Part shown: piece by piece, positions 38,622 through 48,838 of the stretch
Layout: every line of letters starts with the position of its first letter
How positions within the stretch are numbered: position 1 is the stretch's first letter
Source: an uncultured Oscillospiraceae bacterium
GTDB lineage: Bacteria > Bacillota > Clostridia > Oscillospirales > Oscillospiraceae
Reading direction: 5' to 3'
NCBI GenBank assembly: GCA_964450645.1
Contig: CAYVEB010000005.1
Location: forward strand, 178 to 64,177
Length of the DNA: 64,000 nt
Program-made: the position numbers and the translations under genes
The notes under the pieces: generated by a model
Databases searched by the model: none
What the model was told of the DNA's origin: nothing
Seen by the model: only the letters and a program-made list of their open reading frames with translations

Positions 38622-39008
38622 TTAAATATCGGAAGTTTCGTCTTTTTTCAGCAATCCCGACAGTTTTTCCACCAAATCCGGGATCATTTCCACCAGCCGC
38701 TCCACTGAGGAGGACGGCGCTTCGCTCACCGGCAACATCCGCACATTCTCCCCGCGCACAACCAAAAATGCCATCGGCGTGATCTTCACCGAGCAGCCGC
38801 TGCCTCCGCCAAAGGGATTGTCGCGATTGGGATTTTTGCCGTTGAAGTCGCTGCCGCCGCCGGCGTATCCGACGCTGATTTTGGAAATTGGAATCAGCGT
38901 GACACCCTGGGGCGTGGTAATCGGATCGCCGACAACTGTGTTCGCATCGGCCATTTCACGAATTTTGGCCATGGAATTGGACAGCATTTCAGAAATTGGA
39001 TGATTCAT
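38622..39008 (-). CDS. ytfJ: Sporulation protein YtfJ/GerW family
   Basis: ANTVVGDPITTPQGVTLIPISKISVGYAGGGSDF signature. Confidence 0.85.
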   Translation of the reverse strand: MNHPISEMLSNSMAKIREMADANTVVGDPITTPQGVTLIPISKISVGYAGGGSDFNGKNPNRDNPFGGGSGCSVKITPMAFLVVRGENVRMLPVSEAPSSSVERLVEMIPDLVEKLSGLLKKDETSDI

Positions 39009-39084
39009 AGTCGCACTTCCTTTATTTCATTGGTTTGCATGTTTTAAACGCGCAAACGTTCAGCGTGTACTGATTTTTCCAAGT

Positions 39085-39654
39085 CTACTTTTTCTGGAAA
39101 AGCAAAATCAGCAGACGAATTCCAAGCCCGCAGACCTGCCAAAGCGTCACGTGGACCCGGACGTTCGCCTCCAATTCAAACCCTTCCGCTTGCGGATCGA
39201 TTACCGGCTGCAAATCCTGCTGCCGGATCTGAAACACACGGGACAAGGCCGCCGACATACCGCCGATTGCCGCCCAAATTTGGCCGTAGCGCAACGCCAG
39301 ATCCGCAGGATCCTCATCATAAAAGCGTACCGTGACGCTCAGCCGATCGATCACAACCGCGTGCAGCGCGGCAGGAACCAACCTCAGCAACTTCTTGACC
39401 AGCGGGATATACCGCTGCGCCGCCGCATAGAGGGAGGAAATTGACCGCTTTTTCTTTGGCGCGGGCGTGTCCGGCTTGGGCGCGGCAGGCTTTTTCGCCT
39501 TCGGCTTCCGGGGCAGCAAGCGCAGGCGAATCAGCCCAAAACGAAGGCGTACCACAAGACCAGACTTTTCATAATCCAAGTCGAACCGAACTGGCAGCCA
39601 CAGCAGCAGCGCCAGCACACCCAGCACGGCGAGCACAATCCATAACCATGTCAC
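39085..39654 (-). CDS. DUF2953 (YtfI-like) sporulation membrane protein
   Basis: N-terminal TM helix followed by LPVRFDLDYEKSGLVVRLRFGLIRLRL. Paired with ytfJ as in Bacillus. Confidence 0.75.
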   Translation of the reverse strand: MTWLWIVLAVLGVLALLLWLPVRFDLDYEKSGLVVRLRFGLIRLRLLPRKPKAKKPAAPKPDTPAPKKKRSISSLYAAAQRYIPLVKKLLRLVPAALHAVVIDRLSVTVRFYDEDPADLALRYGQIWAAIGGMSAALSRVFQIRQQDLQPVIDPQAEGFELEANVRVHVTLWQVCGLGIRLLILLFQKK

Positions 39655-40256
39655 AGCCGCGTCACCTGCTGTCCGTCCGATGTCTCCGGTTTTTCCTCCA
39701 AGCTCCGCATGGCCCGCTCCGCCAATTCGTCGCGTGGGTCAAGCTGAGCTTTTTCTATTGGCGGCAATTGGTCGAGGGAGGACAGCCCGAACGTGCGCAA
39801 AAAGTCCGGCGTGGTGCGGTAGAGATTGGGCCGCCCCGGCACATTGAGCTTGCCGCACTCCTCAATGAGTTTTTTGTTCAGCAGCGCGCCGATGGTATAG
39901 GCGCTGTCCACGCCCCGGAGCTGCTCCACATAGGCGCGCGTCGTGGGCTGGTAATAGGCGATTACCGCCAGCGTCTCCAGCTGCGAAGCCGAGAGCTTGG
40001 GCGGCTTTCGCGTCTCCAGAGCCTTTGCAATATATCCGCTCATCTCTCCGGCGGAACACATCTGATAGGCGTCCTCCAGGCGCACCACGCGCACGCCGCG
40101 CCGTTCAAACGCCAGCTTGTCCGAAAGCTCCTTAGCCGCCCGGTAGACCTCTGACTCGTCGCAGCCGGTGGCCAGACAAATGCGCCCAGTAGGGACAGGT
40201 TCCCCGGCGGCAAATAAAATTGCCTCTATCACGCGCATCAATTCATCTAGATTCAT
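39651..40256 (-). CDS. scpB: Segregation and condensation protein B
   Basis: IEAILFAAGEPV N-terminus, tandem winged helices and overlap with scpA. Confidence 0.92.
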   Translation of the reverse strand: MNLDELMRVIEAILFAAGEPVPTGRICLATGCDESEVYRAAKELSDKLAFERRGVRVVRLEDAYQMCSAGEMSGYIAKALETRKPPKLSASQLETLAVIAYYQPTTRAYVEQLRGVDSAYTIGALLNKKLIEECGKLNVPGRPNLYRTTPDFLRTFGLSSLDQLPPIEKAQLDPRDELAERAMRSLEEKPETSDGQQVTRL

Positions 40257-41037
40257 CGATCTGTTCCTCCGGCATCTGCAAAAAAGTAATGGTATATTCC
40301 CCGTTTTCGTCCATTTCCGCTGTTATAGCCCGCAGTTTGCACAGCTCCAGCACGGCCAAAAACGTCGCGACCAGCTCGCTGCGGCTGCGGCTGCCCTCAA
40401 ACAGGGGCAGGAAACCGGACATCCCCCTGGCAAGCAGCCGGCGGAGAACCTCCGCCGCTTTGGCCGTCACGGAATATGGTTCCGTGCCGACAATGCCCTC
40501 AAAATTTGCAATGGGCGGCGGAAGCATCCGCTCCGAGCGCTCGGCCATCGCGCGAAAGGCATCCAGCAAATCCCGCGGTTCATGCCGGTACCGGTAAGTC
40601 CGGTCGGGTTCATAGGGCTCTGGCTGCTTGGTAAACAGTTCCACACCGATGGAATTGCGCGCTTCCAAAAAAGCAAAAGCAGATTTCAGCCGCTCATAGG
40701 CTTCCTTCCGCTGGCGCTCCTCCAGCGAGCGAATCAGCAGTTCCATCTCGGACAGCGCCTCCTGCTTCTCCGTCTCAGACAGCAACATCTTTGATTTCAT
40801 GTACATCAGATGCGAGGCCATCGAAATAAATTCCGATGCAATCTCCATATCCATCTGCTTCATCGCATCCAGATAGGCCAGGTACTGGGTCAGAATTGAG
40901 GCGATCGAGATGTCCTGAATGGCAACCTTATTTTTCGAGAGCAGCAGCAAAATTACGTCCAGCGGCCCTTCAAAATCTTCTAATTGGTCGGAGCGGGACC
41001 TGACCACGCCCTCCAATCGGTATTTTGGCTCTTCCAT
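40243..41037 (-). CDS. scpA: Segregation and condensation protein A
   Basis: FEGPLDVILLLLSKNKVAIQDISIASI kleisin N-terminus. Confidence 0.92.
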   Translation of the reverse strand: MEEPKYRLEGVVRSRSDQLEDFEGPLDVILLLLSKNKVAIQDISIASILTQYLAYLDAMKQMDMEIASEFISMASHLMYMKSKMLLSETEKQEALSEMELLIRSLEERQRKEAYERLKSAFAFLEARNSIGVELFTKQPEPYEPDRTYRYRHEPRDLLDAFRAMAERSERMLPPPIANFEGIVGTEPYSVTAKAAEVLRRLLARGMSGFLPLFEGSRSRSELVATFLAVLELCKLRAITAEMDENGEYTITFLQMPEEQIDESR

Positions 41038-41076
41038 AGTTCACTCATAATGTAGGATTTCCAATATTATGCGGCT

Positions 41077-41802
41077 TCAATCGTAGGCGATGGAAATTCC
41101 CGGGTACAGCGCGCTCATAATAGCCTTGACCGGAAATTTAGCGACATACCACAAAAGATTTTGCAGACCGTCGTTGAGATCGTCCAGTATGGAAATGTTG
41201 TTCAGCACGCCGAGGAAAGCCAGCACAATCAGCAAAATCATCCCGTAACGCTCATAGCGCATCCATTTCAAATAGACGCGCTGGGGCAGGAATACCGCCA
41301 CCACCTTGGAGCCATCCAACGGTGGAATCGGTAGCAGATTAAAAATCGCCAGCCCGCAGGAAAGATAGGTCACATATTCGAAAAAGTACCAGCAGTAGTA
41401 AAGCGCCTGGCCCCCGTTGATTTGGTAACACAGGTTGAAGACGGCCGCCGGTACCATTGCCACCAGCGCCACTAATACGTTGCACAGCGGCCCTGCCGCC
41501 GCCGTAAGCACCATTCCCCATTTGGGATTCTTAAAATTCCGCATATCAATCGGCACCGGTTTGGCCCAGCCCACGCCGGCCACCGCCATCATCACGAGCC
41601 CCACGACATCCACGTGACGAAAGGGATTTAAGCTCAGCCGCCCGCAATTTTTTGCCGTGCGGTCGCCCAGCCAATACGCGACGACGCCGTGGGCGCACTC
41701 GTGCAGCATGATGCACAGCAATGCCGCCGCCACGACGATCAAAAGATCCGCCAGCCTGCCGAATTCCAGCTGCTGCAGCCACTGTTTTATATTCGTAACC
41801 AC
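41077..41802 (-). CDS. Site-2 protease family (M50) membrane metalloprotease
   Basis: HExxH motif (LHECAHGVVAY), a polytopic membrane topology and an LPIPPLDG motif. Confidence 0.88.
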   Translation of the reverse strand: MVTNIKQWLQQLEFGRLADLLIVVAAALLCIMLHECAHGVVAYWLGDRTAKNCGRLSLNPFRHVDVVGLVMMAVAGVGWAKPVPIDMRNFKNPKWGMVLTAAAGPLCNVLVALVAMVPAAVFNLCYQINGGQALYYCWYFFEYVTYLSCGLAIFNLLPIPPLDGSKVVAVFLPQRVYLKWMRYERYGMILLIVLAFLGVLNNISILDDLNDGLQNLLWYVAKFPVKAIMSALYPGISIAYD

Positions 41803-41988
41803 TCACCACCTATTTTAGTTAGTATACCATGTTTCGTCTGTTTCTGCAACCTTTTTCTTCCAACCATTTTATTGCCGAAAAGTCCCCGCCCGCACCGCCA
41901 GCCACGTTGGAGAGGGCCGCCCGGCAGCAAGAAAGCGCGGCGGATTGGGTTCGGACGTTGCCGAAAACTATGGTTTTTTGGCAAATTT

Positions 41989-42018
41989 AAAAGCCGCGGA
42001 GCGCGCTCCGCGGCTTTT
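41989..42018 (-). terminator. Intrinsic terminator of engB
   Basis: Perfect palindrome AAAAGCCGCGGAGCG/CGCTCCGCGGCTTTT, 2 nt after the engB stop. A U-tract follows on the minus strand. Confidence 0.8.
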
Positions 42019-42020
42019 GA

Positions 42021-42629
42021 CTATTGGGCGGCCGCATCCAATAAAATGCGCACCAATTCCTCCCGGCCGGTTCCATTTTCCGCTGAAAATGGGATGAGCC
42101 GCGTCTGTTTGGACAGCCGCAGCGTGTCGCGGATGTCCTGCAAATTGGATTCCACCTGGCTCTTTTTCAACTTGTCCAGCTTATTGGCCACAACCACAAA
42201 GGGGCAACCGCTTTGCTGAAACCAGTTCGCCATAATTTCATCGTTCTGCGTCGGCTGATGGCGGCTGTCCACGATCATCACGCCCAGCGTCAACTGCTCC
42301 GGCTGGGCAAAATAGCCCTCCACCAGCTGCGCCCAACGGTCTTTTTCCGCTTTGGAAACTTTGGCGTAGCCATAGCCCGGCAGATCCACAAAATAGACCT
42401 GCCCATCCACCAAAAAGTAGTTGACATGCGCCGTTTTCCCCGGCTGCTCCCCGACTCTGGCAAAGTTTTTACGCTGCAGCACCCGGTTGATCACCGACGA
42501 CTTACCTACGTTGGACTTCCCCGCAAAGGCAATCTGCGGCAGCGCGTCGTGCCGCAGATCCTCCCGCCTGGCGGCGGAAGAAATGAACTCCACCTTGTGC
42601 AGGTTAATCCCACTTTGAATTCCGTTCAT
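42021..42629 (-). CDS. engB: Ribosome biogenesis GTPase YsxC/EngB
   Basis: G1 GKSNVGKSSVIN, DLPGYG and NKLDK motifs. lon-engB adjacency is conserved. Confidence 0.93.
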   Translation of the reverse strand: MNGIQSGINLHKVEFISSAARREDLRHDALPQIAFAGKSNVGKSSVINRVLQRKNFARVGEQPGKTAHVNYFLVDGQVYFVDLPGYGYAKVSKAEKDRWAQLVEGYFAQPEQLTLGVMIVDSRHQPTQNDEIMANWFQQSGCPFVVVANKLDKLKKSQVESNLQDIRDTLRLSKQTRLIPFSAENGTGREELVRILLDAAAQ

Positions 42630-42657
42630 ACCGTTCTCCCATTCAGGCCGCCGGTTT

Positions 42658-45084
42658 TCATTGGCGGATCCCCGGCGCGCGGGGCGGTTCCGTGGGCGGG
42701 ACAGCCAGGCTCAGTTCCTCGCGCGCCGGCTTTTCGCTCTCGGTAACGCTCTCACAGTGGGCCAGATCCAATACCGTGTCGAGCACCTTGCTCACATGGT
42801 CCACCGTGATGAAATTCAGCGCTTTGCGAACCGTTGGGTCGATCTCCGCCAAATCTTTCTCGTTGGCCTGGGGGATGATGACCGTCTTGACGCCATGGCG
42901 CAGCGCAGCCATCGTCTTTTCCTTCAAGCCGCCGATGGGCAACACCCGGCCGCGGATGGAAATTTCGCCCGTCATCGCCACATCCCGCCGCACCGTCGCG
43001 CCTGTCAGCGCCGAAACCATGGCGGTACACACAGTAATCCCGGCGGAAGGGCCGTCCTTAGGCACCGCACCCTCCGGGAAGTGGACGTGGATGTCTTTGG
43101 TCTTATAGAAATCCGGCGCAACGTGCAGCTGCTGACAGTGAGCGCGGATATAACTCATGGCACTCTGGGCGGATTCCTTCATCACGTTGCCCAGGTTTCC
43201 TGTCAGCTCCAGATGGCCGCTGCCGTCGACCACGTTGCACTCCACCTCCAGCGTCTGCCCGCCCACCTGCGTCCAGGCCAGGCCCGTCACCAGGCCCACC
43301 GGATCCGTTGCCGGCAGACTGTCCGGCAGGATCTTTCTCGGCCCCAGATACGTGTCCAGGTTCTGCGCCGTCACCGTCAGCCGCTTCGGCGCTCCGGCCT
43401 GCACCAGCTGCATATCCGCTTTGCGGCAGACAGAGGCCAGCTCACGCTCCAGATTCCGGACGCCGGATTCCATGGTGTAGCATTGAATGATGTCGCGAAT
43501 GGCATCGTCCGTCACCCGCAGCTGCGTCCGCTTCAGACCGTGCTTTTTCATCTGCTTGGGCAGCAGATGGTCCTTCGCGATCATGAGCTTTTCCTCGTCG
43601 GTGTAAGACGACAGTTCGATCACCTCCATACGGTCCAGCAGCGCGCGGGGGATGGTGTCGGTGGTGTTGGCGGTGGTGATGAACATACACTTGCTCAAAT
43701 CAAAGGGCACTTCCAGGAAGTGGTCGCGGAAAGCGCTGTTTTGCTCGGCATCCAACACCTCCAGCAGCGCCGAAGACGGATCGCCCTTGTAGTCGCTGCC
43801 CAGCTTGTCGATTTCGTCCAGCAGCAGCAAAGGGTTATTCGTACCGGCGGTGGAAATGGCGGTCAGGATTCTGCCCGGCATGGCCCCGATATAGGTCTTG
43901 CGGTGGCCGCGGATCTCCGCTTCATCGTGGACGCCGCCCAGCGACAGCCGCGCCAGCTTGCGGTTCAGCGCCCGCGCCACACTCATGGCAATCGAAGTCT
44001 TGCCCACGCCCGGAGGGCCGACGAGGCAAATAATTTGCCCTGGCAGCTCCGGCGCCATCTGTTTGACCGCCAAAATCTCCAAAATTCGCTCCTTGACTTT
44101 TTCCAAGCCAAAGTGATCGGCGTCGAGAATCTTGCGGGCCTTCTCCACGTCCACGGTTTCCCGGGTCGATTTGCTCCACGGCAGCTCCAGCGCCACATCC
44201 AGATAGTTGCGGATTACCGCGGCCTCCGACGAGCCAAAGGGCTGCTTCATCAGGCGGGAAACCTCCTTGCGGAGCTTGTCCTTGACCTCCTGCGGGCATT
44301 TCAGATCCTCCACCTTCGCCCGGTACTCGGCGATGTCATCGTCGTCGTCTTCCTCGCCCAGCTCGCCCCGGATCACCTTCATCTGCTCGCGCAGATAGTA
44401 ATCGCGCTGGCCCTTGTCCATATTCTTCTGGGTCTTCTCCGAAAGATCGTTCTCCAGGCGCAGGACGTTCAACTCCTCCGCCATCAGCCGGTTGGCCAAC
44501 TCCAGCCGCCGCACAATCTGCTGCTGCGAGAGAATTTGCATCTTCTTTTGGTAGCTGAAAGAGCCGTATTGCCCCAGCATATCCGCGACATATCCCGGAT
44601 CCGACGAGGAGAGAATCTGCAGCATATTCTCCGGCATCTTCTGCTGGGACAGGTCGATAAACTCGTCAAAAAGCTGATAGCTCTGGCGCATCAGCGCTTC
44701 GATCCGGTTCGCGCTGGCGTGGCCTGCCATGTCCGGCAGGGACTCCACCTGCGCGATCAAAAACGGCTCCGTCTGCGTCAGTTGCTGAATCTGCGCGCGG
44801 TATTCCCCTTCTACCAAAATTCGCGCCATATCCCCAGGAATCCGCAGGATCTGCTTGATCTTCGCCACGGTTCCCACCGCGTACAGATCCTTTTCCGTGG
44901 GATCGTCTTCTAAAATGTTTTGCTGGGTCACCAAAAAAATCCGCTGGTCCCGCGCCATTGCGTGCTCCATCGCCTTGATCGATTTTTCCCGTCCCACGTC
45001 AAAGTGGATCGTCATGCGGGGAAATACGCACAGGCCGCGAAGTGCCAGGGCCGGAATACGCCCAGAAAGTATGATATCTTGCAT
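42658..45084 (-). CDS. lon: ATP-dependent protease Lon (LonA)
   Basis: LON N-domain, Walker A GPPGVGKTS and the protease Ser motif PKDGPSAG. Confidence 0.96.
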   Translation of the reverse strand: MQDIILSGRIPALALRGLCVFPRMTIHFDVGREKSIKAMEHAMARDQRIFLVTQQNILEDDPTEKDLYAVGTVAKIKQILRIPGDMARILVEGEYRAQIQQLTQTEPFLIAQVESLPDMAGHASANRIEALMRQSYQLFDEFIDLSQQKMPENMLQILSSSDPGYVADMLGQYGSFSYQKKMQILSQQQIVRRLELANRLMAEELNVLRLENDLSEKTQKNMDKGQRDYYLREQMKVIRGELGEEDDDDDIAEYRAKVEDLKCPQEVKDKLRKEVSRLMKQPFGSSEAAVIRNYLDVALELPWSKSTRETVDVEKARKILDADHFGLEKVKERILEILAVKQMAPELPGQIICLVGPPGVGKTSIAMSVARALNRKLARLSLGGVHDEAEIRGHRKTYIGAMPGRILTAISTAGTNNPLLLLDEIDKLGSDYKGDPSSALLEVLDAEQNSAFRDHFLEVPFDLSKCMFITTANTTDTIPRALLDRMEVIELSSYTDEEKLMIAKDHLLPKQMKKHGLKRTQLRVTDDAIRDIIQCYTMESGVRNLERELASVCRKADMQLVQAGAPKRLTVTAQNLDTYLGPRKILPDSLPATDPVGLVTGLAWTQVGGQTLEVECNVVDGSGHLELTGNLGNVMKESAQSAMSYIRAHCQQLHVAPDFYKTKDIHVHFPEGAVPKDGPSAGITVCTAMVSALTGATVRRDVAMTGEISIRGRVLPIGGLKEKTMAALRHGVKTVIIPQANEKDLAEIDPTVRKALNFITVDHVSKVLDTVLDLAHCESVTESEKPAREELSLAVPPTEPPRAPGIRQ

Positions 45085-45210
45085 AACGCCGCTCCTTTCT
45101 GTTCGTTTGATACTATTCTCCAGAAAAATAAGACATTTTTATTGGAGAGGGCCGTGCAAAGCGCGGCCCTCTTGAAACGGCAAGCCGCCCCAAAAGCCCT
45201 CTCATGCTCG

Positions 45211-45248
45211 ATTTCATAGAAAATAAACTTGCCTATTTTCTATGAAAT
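45211..45248. promoter_or_regulatory. 15-bp perfect AT-rich inverted repeat upstream of lon (candidate operator or RNA hairpin)
   Basis: ATTTCATAGAAAATA-N8-TATTTTCTATGAAAT, 127-164 nt upstream of the lon ATG. Confidence 0.4.
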
Positions 45249-45403
45249 TTTGTATGATCGGCCCGTTTTCCGCCGAATGCGGGCCGGTGATTTGCTCCGC
45301 CAGCCGCACAGCGCGGGTAGAAACAGCGCACGCATGGGCGATTTGATCCGATAACGCGTCAAAAACTGATGTCTGCCGGTCAATCCGCAAATGCGTGCCG
45401 CTT

Positions 45404-45422
45404 AAAAGCCGCGCCGGCTTTA
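45404..45422 (-). terminator. Small hairpin overlapping the clpX stop codon
   Basis: AAAGCCG cgc CGGCTTT (7-bp stem), followed by TTTT on the minus strand. Confidence 0.45.
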
Positions 45423-46676
45423 ATTTTCCGCCGGGACGGCTTTTTTTGTGACGGGCTTGTGTACAATCATGGGAGCTTCCCCGCGGGTGACACAGCCCTC
45501 TGTTATCAAAGCGCTTTGGATGGTCGGGTCGGAGGGAACCTCGTACATCAATTCCGTCATGATCCCTTCCAGCACCGCCCGCAGACCCCTGGCGCCGATT
45601 TGCCGGTCGATCGCCTTCTGGGCAATGGCCTCCAGCGCGCGCTCCTCAAAGTCCAGCTCCACGCCGTCGTACTCCAGCAGCTTGCGATATTGCCGGCACA
45701 GAGCATTCTTCGGTTCCGTCAAAATCCGAACCAGATCCTCTTTTTTTAGACTCTGCAAGCTTGTGATCACTGGTAGTCTGCCCACAAGCTCAGGAATAAT
45801 TCCGTATTTCAGCAAATCGTGGGGCTGAACCTGGCGAAACAGCTTGCCCAAATCCCGTTCCCGCTTGCTGACCAGCTCCGAGCCGAAACCGACCATGCTG
45901 CGGTCTGTGCGCTTTTCGATAATCTTATCCAGGCCGTCAAACGCGCCGCCGCAGATAAACAAAATTTTGCTGGTGTCGATTTGAATAAAATCCTGCTGGG
46001 GATGTTTCCTGCCGCCCTGGGGCGGTACGTTCGCAACCGTTCCCTCCAAAATTTTCAGCAGCGCTTGCTGAACGCCCTCGCCGGATACATCGCGGGTAAT
46101 GGACGTACTCTCGCTCTTGCGTGCAATTTTGTCCATTTCGTCGATGTAAATAATACCCTGTTCCGCCCGCTCCACGTCGTAATCCGCAGCTTGAATCAGC
46201 CGGAGGAGAATATTTTCTACATCCTCGCCGACATACCCGGCCTCTGTCAACGTGGTGGCGTCGGCAATCGCAAAGGGAACGTCCAAAATCTTTGCAAGCG
46301 TCTGGGCAAACAGCGTCTTGCCGCTGCCGGTGGGGCCGATGAGCAAAATATTGCTCTTTTGCAGCTCCACATCGGAGTCCCCGCCCAGATAAATCCGCTT
46401 GTAGTGGTTATACACCGCCACGGACAGCGCCACCTTGGCCTCGTCCTGGCCAATGATATAGCCATCCATATAGTTCTTGATTTCCTTCGGCGTGGGCAGC
46501 GCGTCCGGCGTAATAGCCGGCGTCTGGTCAACCTCATACATGTTGTCGCGCAGCAGACTGTTGCACAGCTCTACACATTCGTTGCAGATATAAACGTTGT
46601 TGCCGGACAGCATCCGCTTGACCTGCGACTCCCGCTTGCCGCAGAAGGAGCATCGGATATTTCTCTCGCTAGCCGT
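45420..46676 (-). CDS. clpX: ATP-dependent Clp protease ATP-binding subunit ClpX (apparent non-canonical ACG start)
   Basis: Zinc-ribbon CSFCGK...[10 protein letters not shown], Walker A GPTGSGKT and an IGF-type loop. The first in-frame ATG (46613) lies after the first Cys pair, so translation must start upstream. SD AAGGAGG (46690-46684) is followed 7 nt later by ACG (46676-46674). Confidence 0.9.
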   Translation of the reverse strand, partial: TASERNIRCSFCGKRESQVKRMLSGNNVYICNECVELCNSLLRDNMYEVDQTPAITPDALPTPKEIKNYMDGYIIGQDEAKVALSVAVYNHYKRIYLGGDSDVELQKSNILLIGPTGSGKTLFAQTLAKILDVPFAIADATTLTEAGYVGEDVENILLRLIQAADYDVERAEQGIIYIDEMDKIARKSESTSITRDVSGEGVQQALLKILEGTVANVPPQGGRKHPQQDFIQIDTSKILFICGGAFDGLDKIIEKRTDRSMVGFGSELVSKRERDLGKLFRQVQPHDLLKYGIIPELVGRLPVITSLQSLKKEDLVRILTEPKNALCRQYRKLLEYDGVELDFEERALEAIAQKAIDRQIGARGLRAVLEGIMTELMYEVPSDPTIQSALITEGCVTRGEAPMIVHKPVTKKAVPAEN

Positions 46677-46688
46677 AGTGGTTCCTCC

Positions 46689-47270
46689 TTAGCGCTTGTA
46701 AATCACTTTGTCGATCAAGCCGTAGTTCTTCGCATCCGCCGCACTCATAAAATAGTCGCGCTCGCAGTCGGCTCTGACCGTCTCATAGTCTTTCCCCACG
46801 TTGTCCGCCAGAATCCGGGTCAGCTTTTCCTTCATCGCGAGCACCCGTCTGGCCTGGATCTCAATATCCGTCGCCTGGCCCTGGGCGCCGCCGGATGGCT
46901 GATGAATCATGACCTCTGCGTTGGGCAGCGCCAGACGCTTGCCCTTTGCTCCAGACGACAGCAAAAACGCGCCCATCGACGCGGCCATGCCAATGCAGAT
47001 GGTGGACACGTCGCACTTGATATACTGCATGGTATCATAAATCGCCATGCCGGAGGTGATGCTGCCGCCGGGCGAATTGATATAAAATTGGATGTCCTTG
47101 TCCACATCCTGGGCTTCCAGGTACAACATCTGCGCTACGACGAGGGAAGCCGTGGTGTCATTGACTTCTTCCGAGAGCATGATTATGCGGTCATTAAGCA
47201 AGCGGGAAAAGATGTCATACGAACGCTCGCCGCGACTGGTCTGCTCAACCACATAGGGAACTAAACTCAT
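46689..47270 (-). CDS. clpP: ATP-dependent Clp protease proteolytic subunit
   Basis: [26 protein letters not shown]-terminus and catalytic Ser in [19 protein letters not shown] lies upstream of the ATG at 47270. Confidence 0.96.
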   Translation of the reverse strand: MSLVPYVVEQTSRGERSYDIFSRLLNDRIIMLSEEVNDTTASLVVAQMLYLEAQDVDKDIQFYINSPGGSITSGMAIYDTMQYIKCDVSTICIGMAASMGAFLLSSGAKGKRLALPNAEVMIHQPSGGAQGQATDIEIQARRVLAMKEKLTRILADNVGKDYETVRADCERDYFMSAADAKNYGLIDKVIYKR

Positions 47271-47328
47271 AGTAAAAAACTCCTCTTGACAAATATGCAT
47301 ACAATATTTTAACCGCTTAAATGGAAAA

Positions 47329-48684
47329 TTATTCCTCCGCCGCGTCTGCCGCCGGCGCTTCGTCCGGCGCATCCGCCGCCGGCACTTCGTCCGGCGCATC
47401 CGCCTTGGGGGCGACGGGGATCGCGCTGTCGATGATCAGTTGCCTTGCCTTGCGGACCTCCAGCTCACCTTTGAGCGTCTCAGCGTCCACGTACTCCTTA
47501 ATTTTATCCAGCTCCATGCCGCTGTCTCCGGCCAGGGTTTCGTATTCCTTGTCCACTTCCTCATCGGTGACTTGGATCTGTTCGGCCTCCACCACGGCGT
47601 TGAGCATTACGCTGACCCGCAACTGATTCTCCGCGCCCGGACGCAGATAGCCGCGCAGGGTATCGACGCTGCCGCCGAGCATCTTGACATAGTCCTCAAG
47701 CTTCGTGCCCTGCTGGCGCAGACTCTGCTCAAAGCGGTTCATCTCACGATCCAGTTCCTCTTCAATCATCGAAGCGGGGATTTCCGTCTGCATGTTCTTG
47801 GCCGCCAGTTCCACCGCCGCGTCGCCAAATACGCGGTCAACCCCAGCCTGCTTCTCCCGCGCAATCTGCTTTTTTAAATCGGCACGCAGCTCTTCCATGG
47901 TGTCAAACTCGGAGACGTCCTTGACAAACTCGTCGTCCTTTTCCGGCAGCGTCTTGCGGCGAACCTCATGCACCTTTACGTGGAAAACAACTTCCTTACC
48001 GGCCAGGGACGCCTCGCCATAGGTTTCCGGGAACGTGACGTTCAGATCTTTCTCCTCGCCCGCCTTCATGCCGACCACTTGATCTTCGAATCCGGGAATA
48101 AATGTGCCGGAACCCAGCTCCAGATTAAAGTTTTCGCCCTTGCCCCCTTCAAAGGGGACACCGTCACGAAAGCCTTCATAGTCGATGACAGCCGTGTCCT
48201 TCAGCGCGGCCTCGTCCTCGATGCTTTCCACGCGGGCGACATTGTCCGCCATGCGGTCCACCCGGGCGTCGACTTCCTGCTCCGTCACCTGGACTTCCTG
48301 CTTTTCCACTTCCAGGTCCTTATACTGGCCCAGCGTAACCTCTGGATACAAATCGGTGGTGACCGTCAAGGTCAGAACGCCGTCGTCCGCCACGTTCATA
48401 TCCGCGACGGAAGGGGTGCCCACCGCCTTAAGATCGCTGCCCAGGACGGCTTGCTGATAGACGTCCGGAAAAATTTCATTCACCGCGTCTTCATAAAAGA
48501 CCTCTTTGCCAAACATCGCCTCAATAATCTTTCTGGGGGCCTTGCCCTTGCGGAAGCCGGGCAGTTGGATGCTCTTGCGGTTTTTCACATAGGCTTTATT
48601 GATCGCCTGCTCAAAGGCGTCCTTTTCTACTTCAACCACAACTTTGGCACTGTTTTTTTCTTTTTCCACGCTCTTTACATTCAT
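47329..48684 (-). CDS. tig: Trigger factor
   Basis: Ribosome-binding motif GFRKGKAP, an FKBP-type PPIase domain and an acidic repeat tail. SD GGAGG lies upstream of the ATG at 48684. Confidence 0.95.
   Translation of the reverse strand: MNVKSVEKEKNSAKVVVEVEKDAFEQAINKAYVKNRKSIQLPGFRKGKAPRKIIEAMFGKEVFYEDAVNEIFPDVYQQAVLGSDLKAVGTPSVADMNVADDGVLTLTVTTDLYPEVTLGQYKDLEVEKQEVQVTEQEVDARVDRMADNVARVESIEDEAALKDTAVIDYEGFRDGVPFEGGKGENFNLELGSGTFIPGFEDQVVGMKAGEEKDLNVTFPETYGEASLAGKEVVFHVKVHEVRRKTLPEKDDEFVKDVSEFDTMEELRADLKKQIAREKQAGVDRVFGDAAVELAAKNMQTEIPASMIEEELDREMNRFEQSLRQQGTKLEDYVKMLGGSVDTLRGYLRPGAENQLRVSVMLNAVVEAEQIQVTDEEVDKEYETLAGDSGMELDKIKEYVDAETLKGELEVRKARQLIIDSAIPVAPKADAPDEVPAADAPDEAPAADAAEE
47342..47404 (-). 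repeat. 27-nt tandem repeat (about 2.3 copies) encoding the tig C-terminal ADAPDE(V/A)PA tail
   Basis: GCGTCTGCCGCCGGCGCTTCGTCCGGC, then GCATCCGCCGCCGGCACTTCGTCCGGC, then the partial copy GCATCCGCC. Confidence 0.8.
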
Positions 48685-48838
48685 TTTCTTATCCTCCAAT
48701 GGGATGACCGCTTTACGGTCTATATTTCAAGCCGTACCATTTTACCAAATAAATTCCATCTTGTCCACCTTTTTTCTCTGCAATTTCAAATTATTTACAA
48801 TTATTTTACCATCTTGCACCCGCGCGCATCGTTCGCAA

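Noticed and set aside
42661-44913. 750-aa plus-strand ORF opposite lon, and similar long antisense ORFs at 45819-47264, 12068-13117, 29839-30846, 22..., 26830-27681 and 49124-50140
   Set aside because: All are mirror frames of well-supported genes. Their translations are R/L/H/Q-rich and carry no motifs. I treat them as GC-driven artefacts.
45255-45400. Roughly 58-codon minus-strand frame (LRIDRQTSVFDALSDQIAHACAVSTRAVRLAEQITGPHSAENGPIIQNFIENRQVYFL*) with a vaguely HTH-like segment between clpX and lon
   Set aside because: It has no ATG or GTG start, only a TTG without an SD. It begins inside the clpX terminator. It is below any length at which I could recognise a family. It is noted only because its stop lies in the 15-bp palindrome.
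46689-46691. ClpP-ClpX fusion by read-through of the single in-frame TAA
   Set aside because: The in-frame arrangement has a 1-in-3 chance expectation. A consensus SD overlapping the stop, with ideal spacing to ACG, favours independent (re)initiation. There is no read-through context that I can support.
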